Assembly (NCBI GenBank): GCA_009103225.1
Contig: RHPI01001116.1
Location: 577,267-641,266, forward strand
Length of the DNA stretch: 64,000 nucleotides
Direction: 5' to 3'
From: Chlorokybus atmophyticus
Lineage: Eukaryota; Plantae; Mesostigma and Chlorokybus algae
Shown: one piece after another, positions 44,395-58,790 of the stretch
Layout of the letters: the number at the start of each line of letters is the position of its first letter
Position numbering within the stretch: the first letter of the stretch is position 1
Translations under genes and position numbers: made by a program
The notes under the pieces: model-generated
What the model saw: only the letters and a program-made list of their open reading frames with translations
Database searches by the model: none
Told to the model about the DNA's origin: nothing

Positions 44395-45425
44395 GGCACT
44401 CCTTGCCGTGCTGACCTGCTGCAAGCTGGTACTTGCACCACCCTAACTGCATGCGAGAGCGGACAACAGTTCAAGGCATGCCCTCAGCAGACAAAACCCG
44501 TCATCGCCACCGCCGCTGCCATGCCAGAGCGTAAACAGTACTGCCAGCTGGCGACGTCAGCTCATCAGCTCAGCGAATGGAATGAATGTGCAACCCCGAT
44601 TCCGCAGCATAGTTTTGGGCCTTTTAGGCTTTCAGGGGAATGACTTCGGACATTGCCTGAGTGTACAGCCGGATATCCTGTAGTTAATTTGCGAATGTAC
44701 GCAAAGATGCAAACATCGTTGCAAGGCCAGGAAAACGTTTTCAAGGAGCGTCGCCGCGCAGCGTGCCGAAGAATTGGCCTAGTGCTCGGCTGTGGCACAC
44801 AGGAGGTGGTGAGCAGTAGCAGCTTGGTGGCGCTGTGTTGACAGCTGGCCTGCGAGAGGTGGGGTGGGGTGAAGGGCTGAGACGGTGTTGGAGTGCAGCA
44901 GAATCAGTATGGAACTTCGCTGAAGGTGTACTGAGCCGGTCTCTGGCTGCGCGGCAATCGCGCAGTCTGGCGTTTGCAGGTGAGGATGACCATTGAGGTT
45001 TGCTGTTGATGTAAGCTACAGCTTGTTTGGTTGGGTTTCATGCCTACCTGAAGAGCACAAGGCAAGTGCGTTTGAGCGCTTAGCAAGTTCAGTGTATGGC
45101 ACGCTGGTTTCAATGCACGAAGCCACCTACACAGGCAGGTACTCGTCAATTCTAGGATGGACACTTCACGTGTGCATGTCGCCCTTTAATAAAAGCAGGC
45201 CACAGGCAGCAGCATAAGAACTTGCAGCAAGTTTCAAGCTGCGAGCTGCTTGAAAGCTCAAAGCTCAAAGCTCACAGCTCGCAGAACTTTGCTACAGGAA
45301 CGACCGTATCGTTCATTGTCGATGCTGCCTGCGTGTGGGTTGCAGACCGCGACTATGCATGTGAATGCTGTCTAACATTCACCACATTCACCAGGTCAGG
45401 TAAACAGGAGTGATCAGCAGGAGAC

Positions 45426-48059
45426 ATGAGGCTTCGCTATAAGCGAAAGGAAGTCCATCAGGCAGGGCAGGACTCCACAGTAGATGAAGCCAGTGGCAGT
45501 GGTGAAGACGAGCCTCTGTCTCCCATAGCGCACCTGTGGAAGCGTGCAGATGAAGACTACAAGCACGCAGTCGCCAGCATTGTGCACGGCATCATGCGCA
45601 TTGACAGCAGCGACGAGTGTGCAAAGGAGTTTGACACACCCGCATTCCAGCAAGCAGCGCAGGAAAAGCTGCTGGCAAACCCGCGCTTCTGCTGCGTGGT
45701 GAGCTCTGTTGACGTTAAGGTCGACACACACGTTGGCTGTCAATGCATGTATGCTTACCTCACCGAAAGTGTTGCGATGCGATGCGAATGTAATGCTTCT
45801 GCTAGCTGTGTGTATCAACAGTCACTGTGTCCAGGCCATAGACGGCAACACAAAGTGGAAGCGCGTACCAGTAAACGTGGCTCATCACATACATGCCAGG
45901 CTACTACCCTGGCCGGATTCAATGGTTGCGGCGGACCAGAAGTGGGATGAAGCTGCAGAAGATGCCGCTGTTGAAGAGTACATCAACCTCGTGCAGTCAA
46001 GACCAATTGACTCTTCAATGCCCCAGTGGGAGGTGTGTCAATGCTTGACTATTGTTGCTGCTGTTGCGTGTGGTTGCTTGCCGTTGTTGTAGAACCTGCT
46101 GAGTCGTGTCGCTGCTAACTGTAAGCATGGCAGTTGCATTTGTTGTCTAGACCAGACACGCAAGGCACGAGCAGGGCTGTTGCCATTCTTTTCAGGTTGA
46201 CAGCAGTACATTGCCAGTGTTACACTACTGCACAAGCCTTGTGTCGGCTGTTAACTTGCATTTATCTTCCAGAGGCCATCACAGCATTGGTGATGGTATC
46301 TCGTTGGCGTCACTGTTGCTGCTGGTCTCAGAGAGAGCAGGTGGCGGCATGCCTCAGTTCCCAACCCAGCACAAGCACCCGCACAGGTGAACTGGGTGTG
46401 CATGGCATGCCATTCGGCCTTGCACCAACACATGTAATGCACTCAATCAGCAAGGTCTCATGCGTGCGAGCCAATGCGTGTGGTACATCGTGTAGTGCGT
46501 GCAAGACCGTGTCATTGTGGGTGCAACACTTGAGCCTTTGGTAGTACTGTAAAACCAGTTCCAAGGTTGGTCCTGGCAGGTCGTGGACAGACAAGCTGCA
46601 AAGAATTGGTTACTCATTCCTGTACACGCTTGCCTCTCTCGGCAAGTTGGTTGGCGTGTTTACAGTCACGCCCGACTCGAGCACACCCTTTAAAGGCGCT
46701 CCAGGCGGCGCTACAAACCCTCGTAAGGTGCGATCTTAACAACAATCCATCACCAGCCATGCAGCCCCCTCAACAATTACTTGCAGGTTGCATTCGCTCC
46801 CTGTCTCCCCCTGGCGGAATTCAGAGCAGTTGCCTCCAAAAATAATGCCACAATAAACGACATGTTGATGGCGACCGTCGCGCGGGCACAAGATCGGTAT
46901 GCCTTTGGTAGTGTGCTTCATGCTGAATCACTATGTCCAACCATAAGGGTCTTCAATCTCCCACCTGCATTGTGTAGGTACTTGGCCAAGTGGGCTCAGG
47001 AGCATGGCGAAGAGTATACTGTTGGAAATGAGGTGCCAAGAGTGCGCGCATTGGTGATTGTCAGCAGGCGAACCGGTTTCACTTTTGAGCATCTGGCTAG
47101 TCTCACTGCCAGTAAGCGCGCCTATGGCTGCACACGCTAGTGTCTCAACTGTTTCAAGCAGTTCAAGTGTTCTGACCAAACCTGGATTGCTTTATGGTAA
47201 GAGTTCCTTTATCCATTCTCGCTCAACTTGCAGCTTCGGGTTGGAGAAAGGGTGAATGGGGCAACAAGCTGACTTATGTTCTGCTAAGGCTGCCGGTTGG
47301 CACGAGCTCATCGCAGGTAGTCGCCAAGATTCAGCTTGGCAACATCGCGCGGGCATGTTGCACAATGGCTCAATCTGTTGCATGCATGGTGCAGGAGTGC
47401 CTACAACGCGTGGTCGCTGAGACATCGTGCATCAAGATGTCCTGGGAGGCCGCAATTATAGCCTTGCAAAACCAGTTGGTTGCACTCTTCAGTCCCATGG
47501 TAAGAAGCATCAGCTTGTGTCTCTGTCACTCTCATAACAAACCTGCTTGGTGACGACAATCAACAAATCATGCGCTAAGGCTGACTTGTGTGTGATGTGC
47601 TGGGCAGCAAGCAATCCGCAACGCATACTACTTCATGCATAGTATCACTGCGGTGATTTCCAACATGCCAGGACCCCAGGAGGCCATCTCCGTCACGGGC
47701 TTCCCCGTCCGCATGCTGTCATCATTCGCTTCTGGCTCGCCAACTGCTGTCTCATATCACCTTACAAGCTACAACGGTGCGTGCGTGCGCGCGCTTGTGC
47801 AGGCCTGCTTACGCATGCCTGCATGCGCAGTTGCCGCATGCAGGCATGTGTATAAACTCTTTGTGTGGTGTCGTTGCTTGTTTGTATGCCACCCGTTCCC
47901 CTTCTCATTATATTCGTCAGTCCAGGTTTGGTGCAGCTTTGTATCACCACGGATACAACGGTTGTCCCTGAGCCCACACGTCTGTGCGATGCCTTCTTGG
48001 AAGCGTTCAATGAATTCCAAAATGGTGAAGAAGGTCAGCAACCAGCAGTTGCTCAATAA
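45426..48059 (+). CDS. WSD: Wax ester synthase/diacylglycerol acyltransferase (WS/DGAT)
   Basis: EPLSPIA, NPRF, PQWE, catalytic HHSIGDGISL (~46275-46305), PDSSTPFKG, NATINDML, ISNMPGPQE, HLTSYNG. Confidence 0.92.
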
Positions 48060-48449
48060 GTTCTGCATGATCAAGGCGAGATCAACTTATCAGCACAACC
48101 TGCTGTTGGCACTGGCAGCCTAGCCAACATGTAGTACAGCTGAAACGTTGTGAATTACGTTTGCGGAGTTGCTTTTTGGTTACATTGTATAGAGCAGTGT
48201 TGGTGGTAGCGCTTAGCAGTAGCATATCTGTGATGTCAACAATGTAATTGTAGATGTTGAATATAAATGAGGAGGTTGGAGCAAGTTTAAGAAATTGCGA
48301 CTTGCTGTAAGCTCATGCCTTGTACCTTGACGACAGACCCACCCCACACACGCTCGCGCGTGGCACAGGTAATCAACAATACGCATGTATGCATGCCTAA
48401 CGGGGAGGTCTAGAGTAGGGTAGTGTGGTAGGTAAACAGGCAGTAAGTA

Positions 48450-48710
48450 TAGCCCGGTGGTGGTGTATGTGACTGTGTTTGCATGCTGGTTGGTATGCTA
48501 TGCTGTTTGACATCACGCATGTTGCCAATTGTCTCGCGCATATCCTGTACATGGCATACGTGCGTACATGGCGTAGACATACACTGCATAAGTAATCTGT
48601 GGACTTGCGTTGCAACACAACAAGCCTATCTAACCCATCTTGTTGACCATACTGCAGGACGCAGTGCAGGATTTCACGTGTTATTGTGAACTGCGAGATT
48701 GTCAACAATA
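48450..48710 (-). mobile_element. Highly degenerate Penelope-like remnant
   Basis: Weak thumb-like ISQF...HCVLQYGQQDG followed by the boundary motif TAGCCCGGTGGTG (48450-48462). Confidence 0.3.
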
Positions 48711-48846
48711 CAAACTCTTAAGCTGATTCCACCAATTTGCAATCCCATGGAAACCAACAAACGCACCTCACCAGTAAACATGCAGCGCAGGTTGAGCGAC
48801 AAGGAGGCAGCACACCATCACGCACAGCATGGCAATGATATATGAC

Positions 48847-51800
48847 TCAAGTCCTTGTTCCCAGTCTGTGCTCTGCAGGTTGCGTCTGTTCTAATCGTGC
48901 CGCTTCGCTGCGGCCGTGAGCCAGCAACAACTTTGCCGCGTCATACGTGGCAAGGCGAACTGAGCTGTTGGGAAGGTTCTTTATTGCATTGGCACCAAAC
49001 CCGCTGTACAAGCCTTGCACACCTTTCTCCTTAATAATGCCTGGTCAGAAGAAAGGGTCAAGCATACCATGTAAGCATTGTAAGCAGAGCGAGCAAGCAG
49101 TACGAAGTGGCAAGCAGCGCATGTCTGAACAAATCTGGGTTAACATACTGCGGATTGCCACCCAAACTCACCGCTAACAGCCTGTTGCACAGTGTGGTAC
49201 GGTGAGCCTCGCATCTGGATCTGTCGCCTAACGGTGTCAAGAGGATAGCAAACACCTGATTGCAAACAACCAAAGGTAAAGAGATTTGCAGAGGTTAAGA
49301 CCATGCCAGGAGAAGGACGCAAACAGCTGTTTAACCTGGAAGCAAATGAGAGCAATCTCCTCACCTGTAGCAAGAAGAGCTGCCACCAGCCCCGATACAA
49401 GGGACGTCGTGGGGTTTTTCCTAAACTGCTCTGGTGAGGCCTTCTTTAGCCTGCAGATGCATCGAATTGCTTGATTTCACCATCATGATCATCTGCACTT
49501 CACAAGCATGACAAGCATGACACACGCTGTGAACCCAAAGGCACTTACAAGTCAAATGCAGCAAAATTGATGGCTATATATGGGGCGATGCCAAGGAGAG
49601 AGGGCCCGATGCCTTTGTACATTGCCAAAATACCCTCTGTCCGAACAATGTTGGAGGCAACCTAATCAAAGTGTGTAACGTGTCAACCCAACCACAAGCT
49701 GGAATGATGGACTGATGTCAGTTCACATCCACTGCAGCCAACTCGTACGACATACCCGCAGCATGGAGCCTGTGGCTGTGGGGTCTACCGCCATGCGGAA
49801 GCGGATGGTATCCAGCGGATACGTAGCCTGCCCCATCCCAAGTTATGCAATTTGTTTGCGCATGCAGCTGTACAGTTGATACCATTCTGATAGTCAACTA
49901 GTCAACCCACTTACCGCGGTTGACACAATGCCAGCACACGCGCCGGCAGCCAGCCTCTGGTGCAATTGCAGAGGTTTGTCCTTGCCAGCAAACATGCGCT
50001 GTTTCCAACGGCACAGAGGGTAAGTCCACGTTCAAAGAAACGAGTGTCAAGCTGTAGCCCCCAAACACGGGTACATGTGCATCTCACGCAAACTGGGTGC
50101 GTACCTTAAAGAATTCATACGAGCCTAATTGAATGCCTGTATATGGCAAAATGCGGACGACCTGCAATTCACCCTCCCATGAGACCCGCAGTTGTGATGT
50201 TTATGACATGCACGCTGAAAGGTATGCTTGCAAGGAACGCGACCTGTGGTATGTTTCCCTTCCAAAACGCTAGCACGCCTTCTTGCTTGGCGATGTGAGT
50301 AAATGCCTGCGAAGAAAAGACATCAGGGGACCTGCCAACCACTGGGCCTATGCTGTCAATCTACTGCGCTTTATGTACCTCAAGAAACCCTGTATTCTTG
50401 CCAACAATGCTTCCGGGATTGACATGAGAAACCTGCCGACATGTTCTGTTGAGAGATCAGACCAGGAGACCATCAGGGACATGCAAGGACTTTTGCGCCA
50501 AGCTTATACTAAGCCCCGTGTAAGTACAAGCGGAAATGACACCTGCATGCGTGTAGGTGCACATGTGGTATACATTGGCCTAACGCAGATCGCGAGTGCA
50601 TACACAATCATGCAAGCATCAGTGTGCAAACGTGCAGGCAAAAGGCGCATGATTAATGGTAGTTGACATACAATACGTAGGTGCATCAAATTCAGGCTCG
50701 TTGCTTCCGTGTACGTATATTGCATGTATTGCATGTCACATGTACTCACAACACAGTGTGTGCACGCGCTTGATGATAGTTGTTGCGCACATGTGATTAG
50801 CCTAACCATCAGACACGTGATCACAGACTGCTCCTGTGCTCCTGTGCTCCTCGCACATGCATGCACATATTGAGGAAGCAGCTACACACACTCGTACTGC
50901 AAACTTCTGGTGAAAATGCACACAAACTGTTCGAGCAGGTACAACGTGCATGACGTGTTTAGGTGTATCAGACACATTCAATACCTGCAACAGCAGCTTT
51001 ACTCTATCCAGCGGAGCAGTTAATGTCTTTGCGACAGCGCCGGCAACAGCACCAGCTGTGAACAAAGCCGCCGGCTCCGGCACATACCCAAGAAAGGCTG
51101 TCGGATGCGTTGCAAGTAGACTCAACGGAAGCTGCAAACTCCGCACCTGTTTATTACCAATGCACGCACGGTCACTACCATCTGCCGGTTATCAGGAATA
51201 CTATGACGCTCAGTGAGTCAACTGTGCGTGTCTGCATGCTCGGGATATCAATGTTTTCGGCAATGTTCACTATACAATTTTTGTTATTTTTGGGGGGTGG
51301 CTTACACGACCAGCACTGCCAAAAAAAACAACGAAGCTATATAGCGTGCACTCCTTACCTAAAACTGACTCACCAAAACCATTTGCCGACGTTGGCAACT
51401 GTGGCCAGTATAAATTGACAAACATTGTGGTATCACATTGTTAACAATTTGTACAAACTTTGGTGTTGAAATATTCATACCATTCTTTCTGCAAGATCCA
51501 CACAAGTAAGACGCTTTCATTGTGCCAATTGCGCTTCTTGTAGACTGCCGGCATACAAATTGCACTTTCAAAGCTGGAATGACCTAAATTGACTTTTCAT
51601 TGTAGGTTTAAATGCACATGCAACTATCAATGACGTGCAGTAAAGCATTGTTAAAGCTGTGCAAATATTGCACACTCTGTTCTTGCTGCAAGCAATGGTG
51701 CATGTACATTGCATGCAATGAATTCAAAACAATTCAACACATGCCTGCTGCGTGGTCGTCGCCAGAGCCGCGACAGGAACGGTCTCCAAACCTAATTCAG

Positions 51801-51990
51801 ATTGCCTGGCAGAAAGCCTCCTGCGCCCGCTGCTGCTGCTCGACAAAACTGCTTGTCGCCCATCTGCGCTGCAGAGCTGTACCGCCAGCTGTCGCGCCTG
51901 AGCAACCTCATCGTCCACCACCACTTTCAACCTCTGCCACGTGGCGCCCAACACCGCTCCCGCCGCCCCCGCCCCATGCCACTCCCCCAT
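48847..51990 (-). CDS. TAAC: Plastid ADP/ATP (PAPS) carrier, mitochondrial carrier family, TAAC/EAAC-like
   Basis: LLATHPTAFLGYVPEPAALFTAGAVAGAVAKTLTAPLDRVKLLLQ, TYPLDTIRFRMAVDP, CYPLDTVRRQIQM, YKGFVPNAIKNLPNSSVRLATYD. The start codon is tentative. Confidence 0.88.
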
Positions 51991-53450
51991 AGCTACCAGG
52001 CCACCAGTGCTCCAAGTCTTATCGAGCTTCGTGTTTAAACAAAAGACATGGATGCAACTAGAACAAGAAGCACCTACAATGTGCCCTCCACACGCACTCG
52101 CCCCTCCAACACTGCAGGTCCCCACCACGCCGACAAGGACAGCAACACCGACACCCGGACACGCACCGCCACCGCCACCACCGCCGCCGCCGCCGCGGAG
52201 CGTCAGCTCAGAACGCCAGCCTCAAATTTAGGCAGCGTGCGCGCAACGTTTTACTCCCGCTTTCATGCACTCGTCTCAACAATAGGGGTAAATCACTGCA
52301 TTGCAATGCACATGACGTAGCCTCATCGACCGTCCAATTGGCACAACACGTACCCTGTACAGCGCTGCCGCAGGAGCGAGCGGCGCCACGTACGGAATGG
52401 TTTTTCTCTCGTGCATTCAGCGCTGTTTGGCCAAGTTGGCTGAGCCAACAAGCTGCAAGCTAAAGCTGAAGCTCACCAAGTTACTTACTCGCGTAGCAGC
52501 CTGGTGGCCTGGTCTGGCCTGGCGCTGACGGGGGCGGCCGGTGGGGGCTACGAGGCGGTTCGGCTATTGTATTTCTACGAAGGTGAGTAGGCAAGCGGCT
52601 GCTAACGGCTGGTGCATGCTGTTTCTTACACGTGGCAGCCTGTCCTCCGTGTTGGTTGCAGCACGTGCCGCATGGCCAGCGTAATGCATGTAGTGCAGAC
52701 AATGCCGCTTGGCTAGCAAGTTGGGCTGACAATGCTAGGCTGTCTCGTATGCAAACTACAAAGCTCTGCTGTCGTAACGGGTATGGAGCATGTTTGCTTG
52801 TCAATGCATGCAGCTGACTGATCTGGCACGTTTTGCTCGTTTGGACGGAACAGCTTGGCCTAGCTTGACGTTGAACTTGTCAAGATTGCAGCTAAGCTTA
52901 TTGCTGAAGTTGTCAACTCGTATTGGTGAGTGAAAGCGTCAGTTTGGCTTATGGTTTCTGGCGTTGCACTCACGTCAAGCAGCCATGCCTTTCACAAAGC
53001 TGCATTGTATGGCTCGGAATGCATGCCTCCTTACACTCACGGCAAGCAGCCATGCTTTACCAAAGGCTGCATTGTAAGGCTGGGAAAGCATGCCCTTGCG
53101 GCACAACTTTTCTTGCTTGCACATAAACAACTGTTGCTCTCTACAGCATATGGGCGGGCACAGAATGCAATCGCCTGCTTTGCAATGCTGCATGCATGCA
53201 TGCTTGCGCGTGAGCGTTGTGTCTTGGTCTCACACACCACCCTGAGGAATATGCTTAATGATGTCAATGAGGTTCAAGCAACAGCTGCTGGACGTCGCAC
53301 CATTGGCAATGGTGTTGCATTCGTTCAGTAGTCGCACGCATGGCCTTCGCGAACAACTGTAGCCTTGTGTTGGCGCTGCATCCTTGAGTACTGTGCTTGG
53401 CATGAAAGATGGACATGCTGATGCTGTATGTCGCTTCATGTGCAGGCAGC

Positions 53451-56400
53451 ATGACGAGGCCAGAGTTGGAAGACAGGCGCGGGCAGGACAACCTGCCCGA
53501 ACGCAATGTCCGCCCGCGTGTTGGGAGCAGCCCACAGAAGGATGAGCCGGACATCACAGAGGCCCCAAAGATGCGCTACATCCTGGACTTACCAGAGTTT
53601 CCCACGAGACCTCAAGGTGACCTGAAAGCTTCTGTTTGCATCTGATGTCATCAGCTTCTGCTGCGTATAGCGTTTAGATAATTTGTGCTGCAGGCACACA
53701 GGTTGACAGGAGGCCAGTAAGAGTGCTTGCCAACATGTTCGCTATCAAGTGCCAGGTACTGCAGCGCGCTTGCCAATGATGACATAGTCTTGCTCCTGTA
53801 CAGTCCTGGTTATAGCTTGCATGTGAATGCAGCTGACGGAGGCGTACAAGTATGACGTCAAAGTAGTGTCTGGGCTCGGCCGCGAGCTCAGACCAAGAGA
53901 CAAGAAGGCCAACGTCAACGAGGTCTGCGTCAATAAAGCCTGAAGCGTGTGGTTGAGGAATATGGACTGAACTGTGCCTCCTGTATGTGCAGGGTCTGGG
54001 CCTCCTTCTTGCTGATAAATTCAGGCATGCAGTAGCATTCGATGGAAGAGCAGTTGCGATCTCTCCAAAGCGTCTAACAAGCGAGGATGGGACCGCCGTT
54101 AACGAACTCGAGCTGGACATACAAGTGCCAGGGCGTCATTTTCCTTTGAGGGTGAGTACAAGCGAAGCACATGTTAGTGTTCTATACTGACTGGCTTTTG
54201 GTTGCTTACACCATTGGCTGATGTCGGATGTGCTGAATACACAGGTGATCTTGAAGCTCGCTGAAACATTGGCATTCCCGTCTCCAAGTATGCAGTACGA
54301 AAGGACCAGCCTGGCGGCCATCGACATGTTTGTGCGGCATAAGTTCGCCTCTAACAATTACATCAACCGAAATCGTACTGTCTTCAACAAAGACGTTGCA
54401 GGAGAAAGTCTTGGGGGAGGCGTGCGACTGCTGCTTGGGTGAGTACTGGCGGCTCACATTCTTAGCGCCAATGTGCCATAAACAAGTCGTAGGGAACTCA
54501 AACACTGGCCCTATGTTGCAGGCATCGACAGGCAGTGTTGCAGACAGACAATGGCCTTGCGCTGTCACTGGACTTCACGGCGCTGGCAGTCTACGACAGC
54601 ATGCGCATTGCTGCAGAAAAGCCTGAGGAGAGTTATGTTCACACCAAGTCTGTCAAGCCCGGGACAAAGTCACTCAATGACACGACTATCAGAGTGTTGG
54701 AGAGGTAGAGATGTTGTTTGGACGCTTGGTAGGAGTTGCTAGTGCAGCTGGTAGGCCACACACACTGACCGCATTGGTTGCGGTGGCGCGCAGAGAGTTG
54801 AAGAACTTGGAAGTTGTGACCATTCACCTGCCCAGGAGGCAAAGAAGGTATTCTTTCTGCACACACGCGCACGCGCGCGCACACACACATACAGCCGTAG
54901 ATGTCCAACTGGATATGTTGTTCCGTCTCATGCACTGCCCTCTTGTTGTACTAGCTCAAGGCTGCAAGTCATTGTAGGGTCTAACAACTTGCTTGTACAC
55001 ACACGTGCACCTCAACAGTGCTGCATGCGCACATCCATAGTCTCTCGCGCGCATGCACACGTGCATGGTCACGTGCACGCACATCTACAGTCAGGCACGC
55101 GCACACGCAGTCATGTGCGCCCACAAATTATCGCACACAGTTGCAAACACACGCACACGCACATACCGCCACATGCAGGCACACAAACCAGATGAGGGTT
55201 GGTTGCAAGCAGCAGAGAGGCAGTAAAGACTTACTTGTCGTTCTTGTACATGTTTGTCACGCATGTTGTGTGCAACTAAGTGTTCAACCCTGCAGGTTCA
55301 CCGTCAAGAAGATAACAAGGGAGCCAGCAACCGAGTTAAAAGGCTGGCTTGAAGGAGCACTCGAAGTCAGCGTTGCGCAGTATTTTGATAGGCAATATGG
55401 CGCACTGACATACCCAGAGTTTCCTTGCTTGGAAGTGACCGAGAAGTGAGTATGTCTGCCCATCATTTGTCAGAAAATCACGTGGATATATACTTAAGAG
55501 CAACCAATGCAGGGTCTTTCCTAGGCGCAGTCCCAAGCCTACCGGCAAAGAGAACGCAGACCAGGCAGGCAGCAGCAAGCAACCTGAGGACTCGCCACAT
55601 GACAAGTCAGACGACAAGCCGAGAACCAAACCAGAGGTACATCTGCCTGTCCCAATGTGGTTATGCTGCAGCTTGCGTGGTGACAATAGATTGCTCACCT
55701 ATTGCTGGATGCAGAAAAAAACTTTGTACTTCCCAATCGAGCTGCTGCGGATTGTGGAAGGACAACCCCTCAAGAAGGGGCACGTGTTGGCGGGGTTTCA
55801 AACTAAGAAGATGCTGGAGTTGACAAGTGTCAGACCGGAGGTGAGTGTTTGACATGTTTGAGAACAGTATAGTGTGTGCGCTGTCTGTTTCCCAAACACA
55901 AGGTGCACCTTGGGCGTGCATGTGTAGCTTCTTCTCTACATGCTGCTGGGAAGAAGTCATAGGTGCATCTACTTATGAAAGGATAATGACCTGACTTAGC
56001 TAACAGATGTTGGGGTGACTGCAGGAGCGTGTCCGTATAAATGAAAGAATGATCCCTGATGTTGTCGCAGACTTTAAAATCAACATTGACAGCGCCATGA
56101 CACAGGTAAGACAGCCCAAGCTGCTGATGAGGCAGCCGTTGTAGTGTGCAAAAGCGTGCACGTCACACTCTTAGCAAGCATACTGTAGTGTGTTGTTCAC
56201 GTCGTACCACAGACCAGAACTGTGTGGCTGCAGGCGACCGGGTATGAACTTCCGCCAGTGAAGTTGGTGTATGGTTCAAGGAGTGGTAGGCCTAACCTAG
56301 TCGATGCGCATGGTGGAGAGTGGAGGACAGGTGCCAGCCTTTGGCTCTTGCTTGACAATGTCTTTTGACCAGCCTTTGTTAAATTTGCTGATGGTCTTGT

Positions 56401-58790
56401 TTGCAGGCAATGTTGGCTTCCAAAAGCCGGCTGCGCTCGCCCATTGGGCGGTCCTGTGCTACGATAGATCTCTTAAGGAACATGAAGTAAATAATTTCGT
56501 GAAGCAGTTGATCCAGTGTTGCCAATCAGCTAACATGGATGTTGCCGACCCCGCAAGCGTGGGTCCTGGAGGGTATGCGGATTGCATCTATTTGCAAACC
56601 TCGTTACCACCAGCCAGTCTCGTATGCAATATACTTGTATGTACATACATATGTACATCCCAATCTAAGGACAACAAGGTGTGCACTGCGTTGATTGTCT
56701 TTGGCTAATACTGATCCGACTTACTCAGGAGTAATGTTCGTTCGGATCTGGAAAATTGCTTATCTGACATTGTTGCAAAGACATTCAAGGGAGAGCCCGT
56801 GCACCAGCCTTTGGTGGTGCTCATTCTGCCTGGTCAAAGAGATGACAACCAGTTCAGGTCAGCTTTGCTGCGCGCACAACACTACACTTGTTTGCGGCTG
56901 CCGCGAGTTGAGGCAAACACATTCAGTTCGCATGTTGTCATTGACAAGCATGTCCTTGGCAGGCCAGAGTCCGTGAAGGCAGCAGATGCGGGTGTCGGGT
57001 TTGGTGCCGAGTCCCATGGGTTGCTCGTGATGCACGTGCTGTCCATCACTGCGCGCAAAACTCAAAGGGCGTCCATGCTCAACATCATTGGCAAGGTTGT
57101 GACCAAAAATGCACAGAAATCGCCCTGACAGTGCATTCCAACTTAGCCACCTACTGGCGGATTGTGCGACCTTGCTTGTGTTATCTGCAGCTCAATGCGA
57201 AGCTGGAAGGCACCAATTGCGCACCGCAACGATATATATGGGCGCCCGTACCCGGAGTAGATCCGGAACCTTTGATGCCTGCACCTACGCTGGTCATGGG
57301 TGCTGCAGTTGGCGGCTCAGAGGCGAGGGTGCAAACACGCGTGAACGTTCCTACCATTGCTGCTCTTGTCGCTGGCATTGATCCTTACGGTATGTTTATG
57401 TTACCAATGTTTGAACCAACCAAAGCCTTACGTATCGGTTCTGCAACGTTGATGTGCTTTGCTGCGGGGCCTTCTATTGCATATTGAAGGTGACGCCGTA
57501 CTTGTATGTGACAGGTTTCCGGTATGCTGCCACTCGGCGGCTGAACACACCCAAGGACAGAGCAGAAGGTGAGGCCCAGCTGCCCTACAGGATTATCCAG
57601 TGCCTGGATGAAATGGTGGAGAAGGCGCTAGAGCAATTCTGCGAGGCTTCTGTGGCTCAGCTCAATGACCCAAGAGGACTGGTTCCTCGTCATCTCATCC
57701 TCTACAGGTGGATTGCTTTGACAGAGGACTGCATGCATGGCGCGTACAGCTGCTCATCTTACCATCCCTGCAAGCTGGTCTTGTGCTGATAATGCTGCAT
57801 GCAGGGATGGCGTTTCTGAAGGAGAGTTCAATTACATTGTCAATTACGAGTGGCCGCTCATCCTCAAGGCCTGTGCAAAGTTCACTGTTGCGATCCAGAA
57901 GAGCTTGGACGGTCCACAGGATGCCTTTGGAGGTGTGTTGCTGCCAGTGCACATCAGTGTCCCTTGCTGTTGTGAAAGCTCTGCGCACTAACACATCCAT
58001 GTTACAGACATCAGCCACTGCTTTGACAAGAAGGGCAACTATCGGCCCAAGATCACTCTTGTCGTGCTTCAGGTAATGCCATAGAGCAGCCACTGCCTTG
58101 GAAACTGGAATGTCTCTTTTTGTAAAAGTGTGCCATGTGCCATGTATATGTACTGCATGCATGCATGCGCAAACACAAGTGATGCTGGTGGGCCACCAGT
58201 TTTGACTTTTGCACTTGTGCAACAGAAAGGACACAACACGAGGTTGTTCAATGAGAACAACCAGAACGTTAGTCCAGGAATTGTGGTGGACGCCGGTATT
58301 GTGCACTTTGGGCGATGGGAGTTCTTTTTGAACAGTCATAAGTTTTTGAAGGGCACAAACCGTACATCTCTGTACGTCGTGCTCAAGGACGAGAACAACC
58401 TCAGCGGCGGCCAGCTCCAGGAGATAACCAACGTGCTGTGCCAAACGTACGCCAAGTGTCCACGAAGCATCTCCAAATGTGTGGTAAGAAACGTGAAGAG
58501 TGTGTTCAAAACTGCATTGAACACTCCATGCCGCGTGTGCGTGTGCGTGTAGGTGTAGGTGTAAGTGTTCGTGTTCTTGCTGACTGATAACTGACGTGTT
58601 GTTACAGCCGGTGTACTACGCCAGTCAAGTGGCAAAGCGCGCGCGGTACTTTCTGTCAGATGCCAGCTTCTCCGATGCGGCTTCTACGCACTCGTCTGAA
58701 CACGGGCAGGGTCGGCAACAGCTCCCAGTCCCTCACCTGGAAATTCCGGATCTCCATCCAGAGCTGGCCAACAGGATGTACTTCGTCTAA
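53451..58790 (+). CDS. AGO: Argonaute (N-PAZ-MID-PIWI), divergent
   Basis: FPTRP...VRVLANMF, AFDGRA, YFPIELLRIVEGQ, KLNAKLEGTN, LILYRDGVSEGEF, QKGHNTRLF, PGIVVDAGIVH, EFFLNSH, LCQTYAKCPRSIS|PVYYA, HPELANRMYFV* (TAA 58788-58790). Confidence 0.96.

Noticed and set aside
46328-46594. Minus-strand ORF starting with F-box-like SVHDLPGPTLELVLQY inside the WSD gene
   Set aside because: It overlaps WSD coding exons on the opposite strand, and the rest has no F-box/LRR character, so it is a likely chance match.
54849-54857. AGO intron donor GTATTCTTT resembling a U12 donor
   Set aside because: It mismatches GTATCCTT and has no TTCCTTAAC branch site near the acceptor at ~55275.
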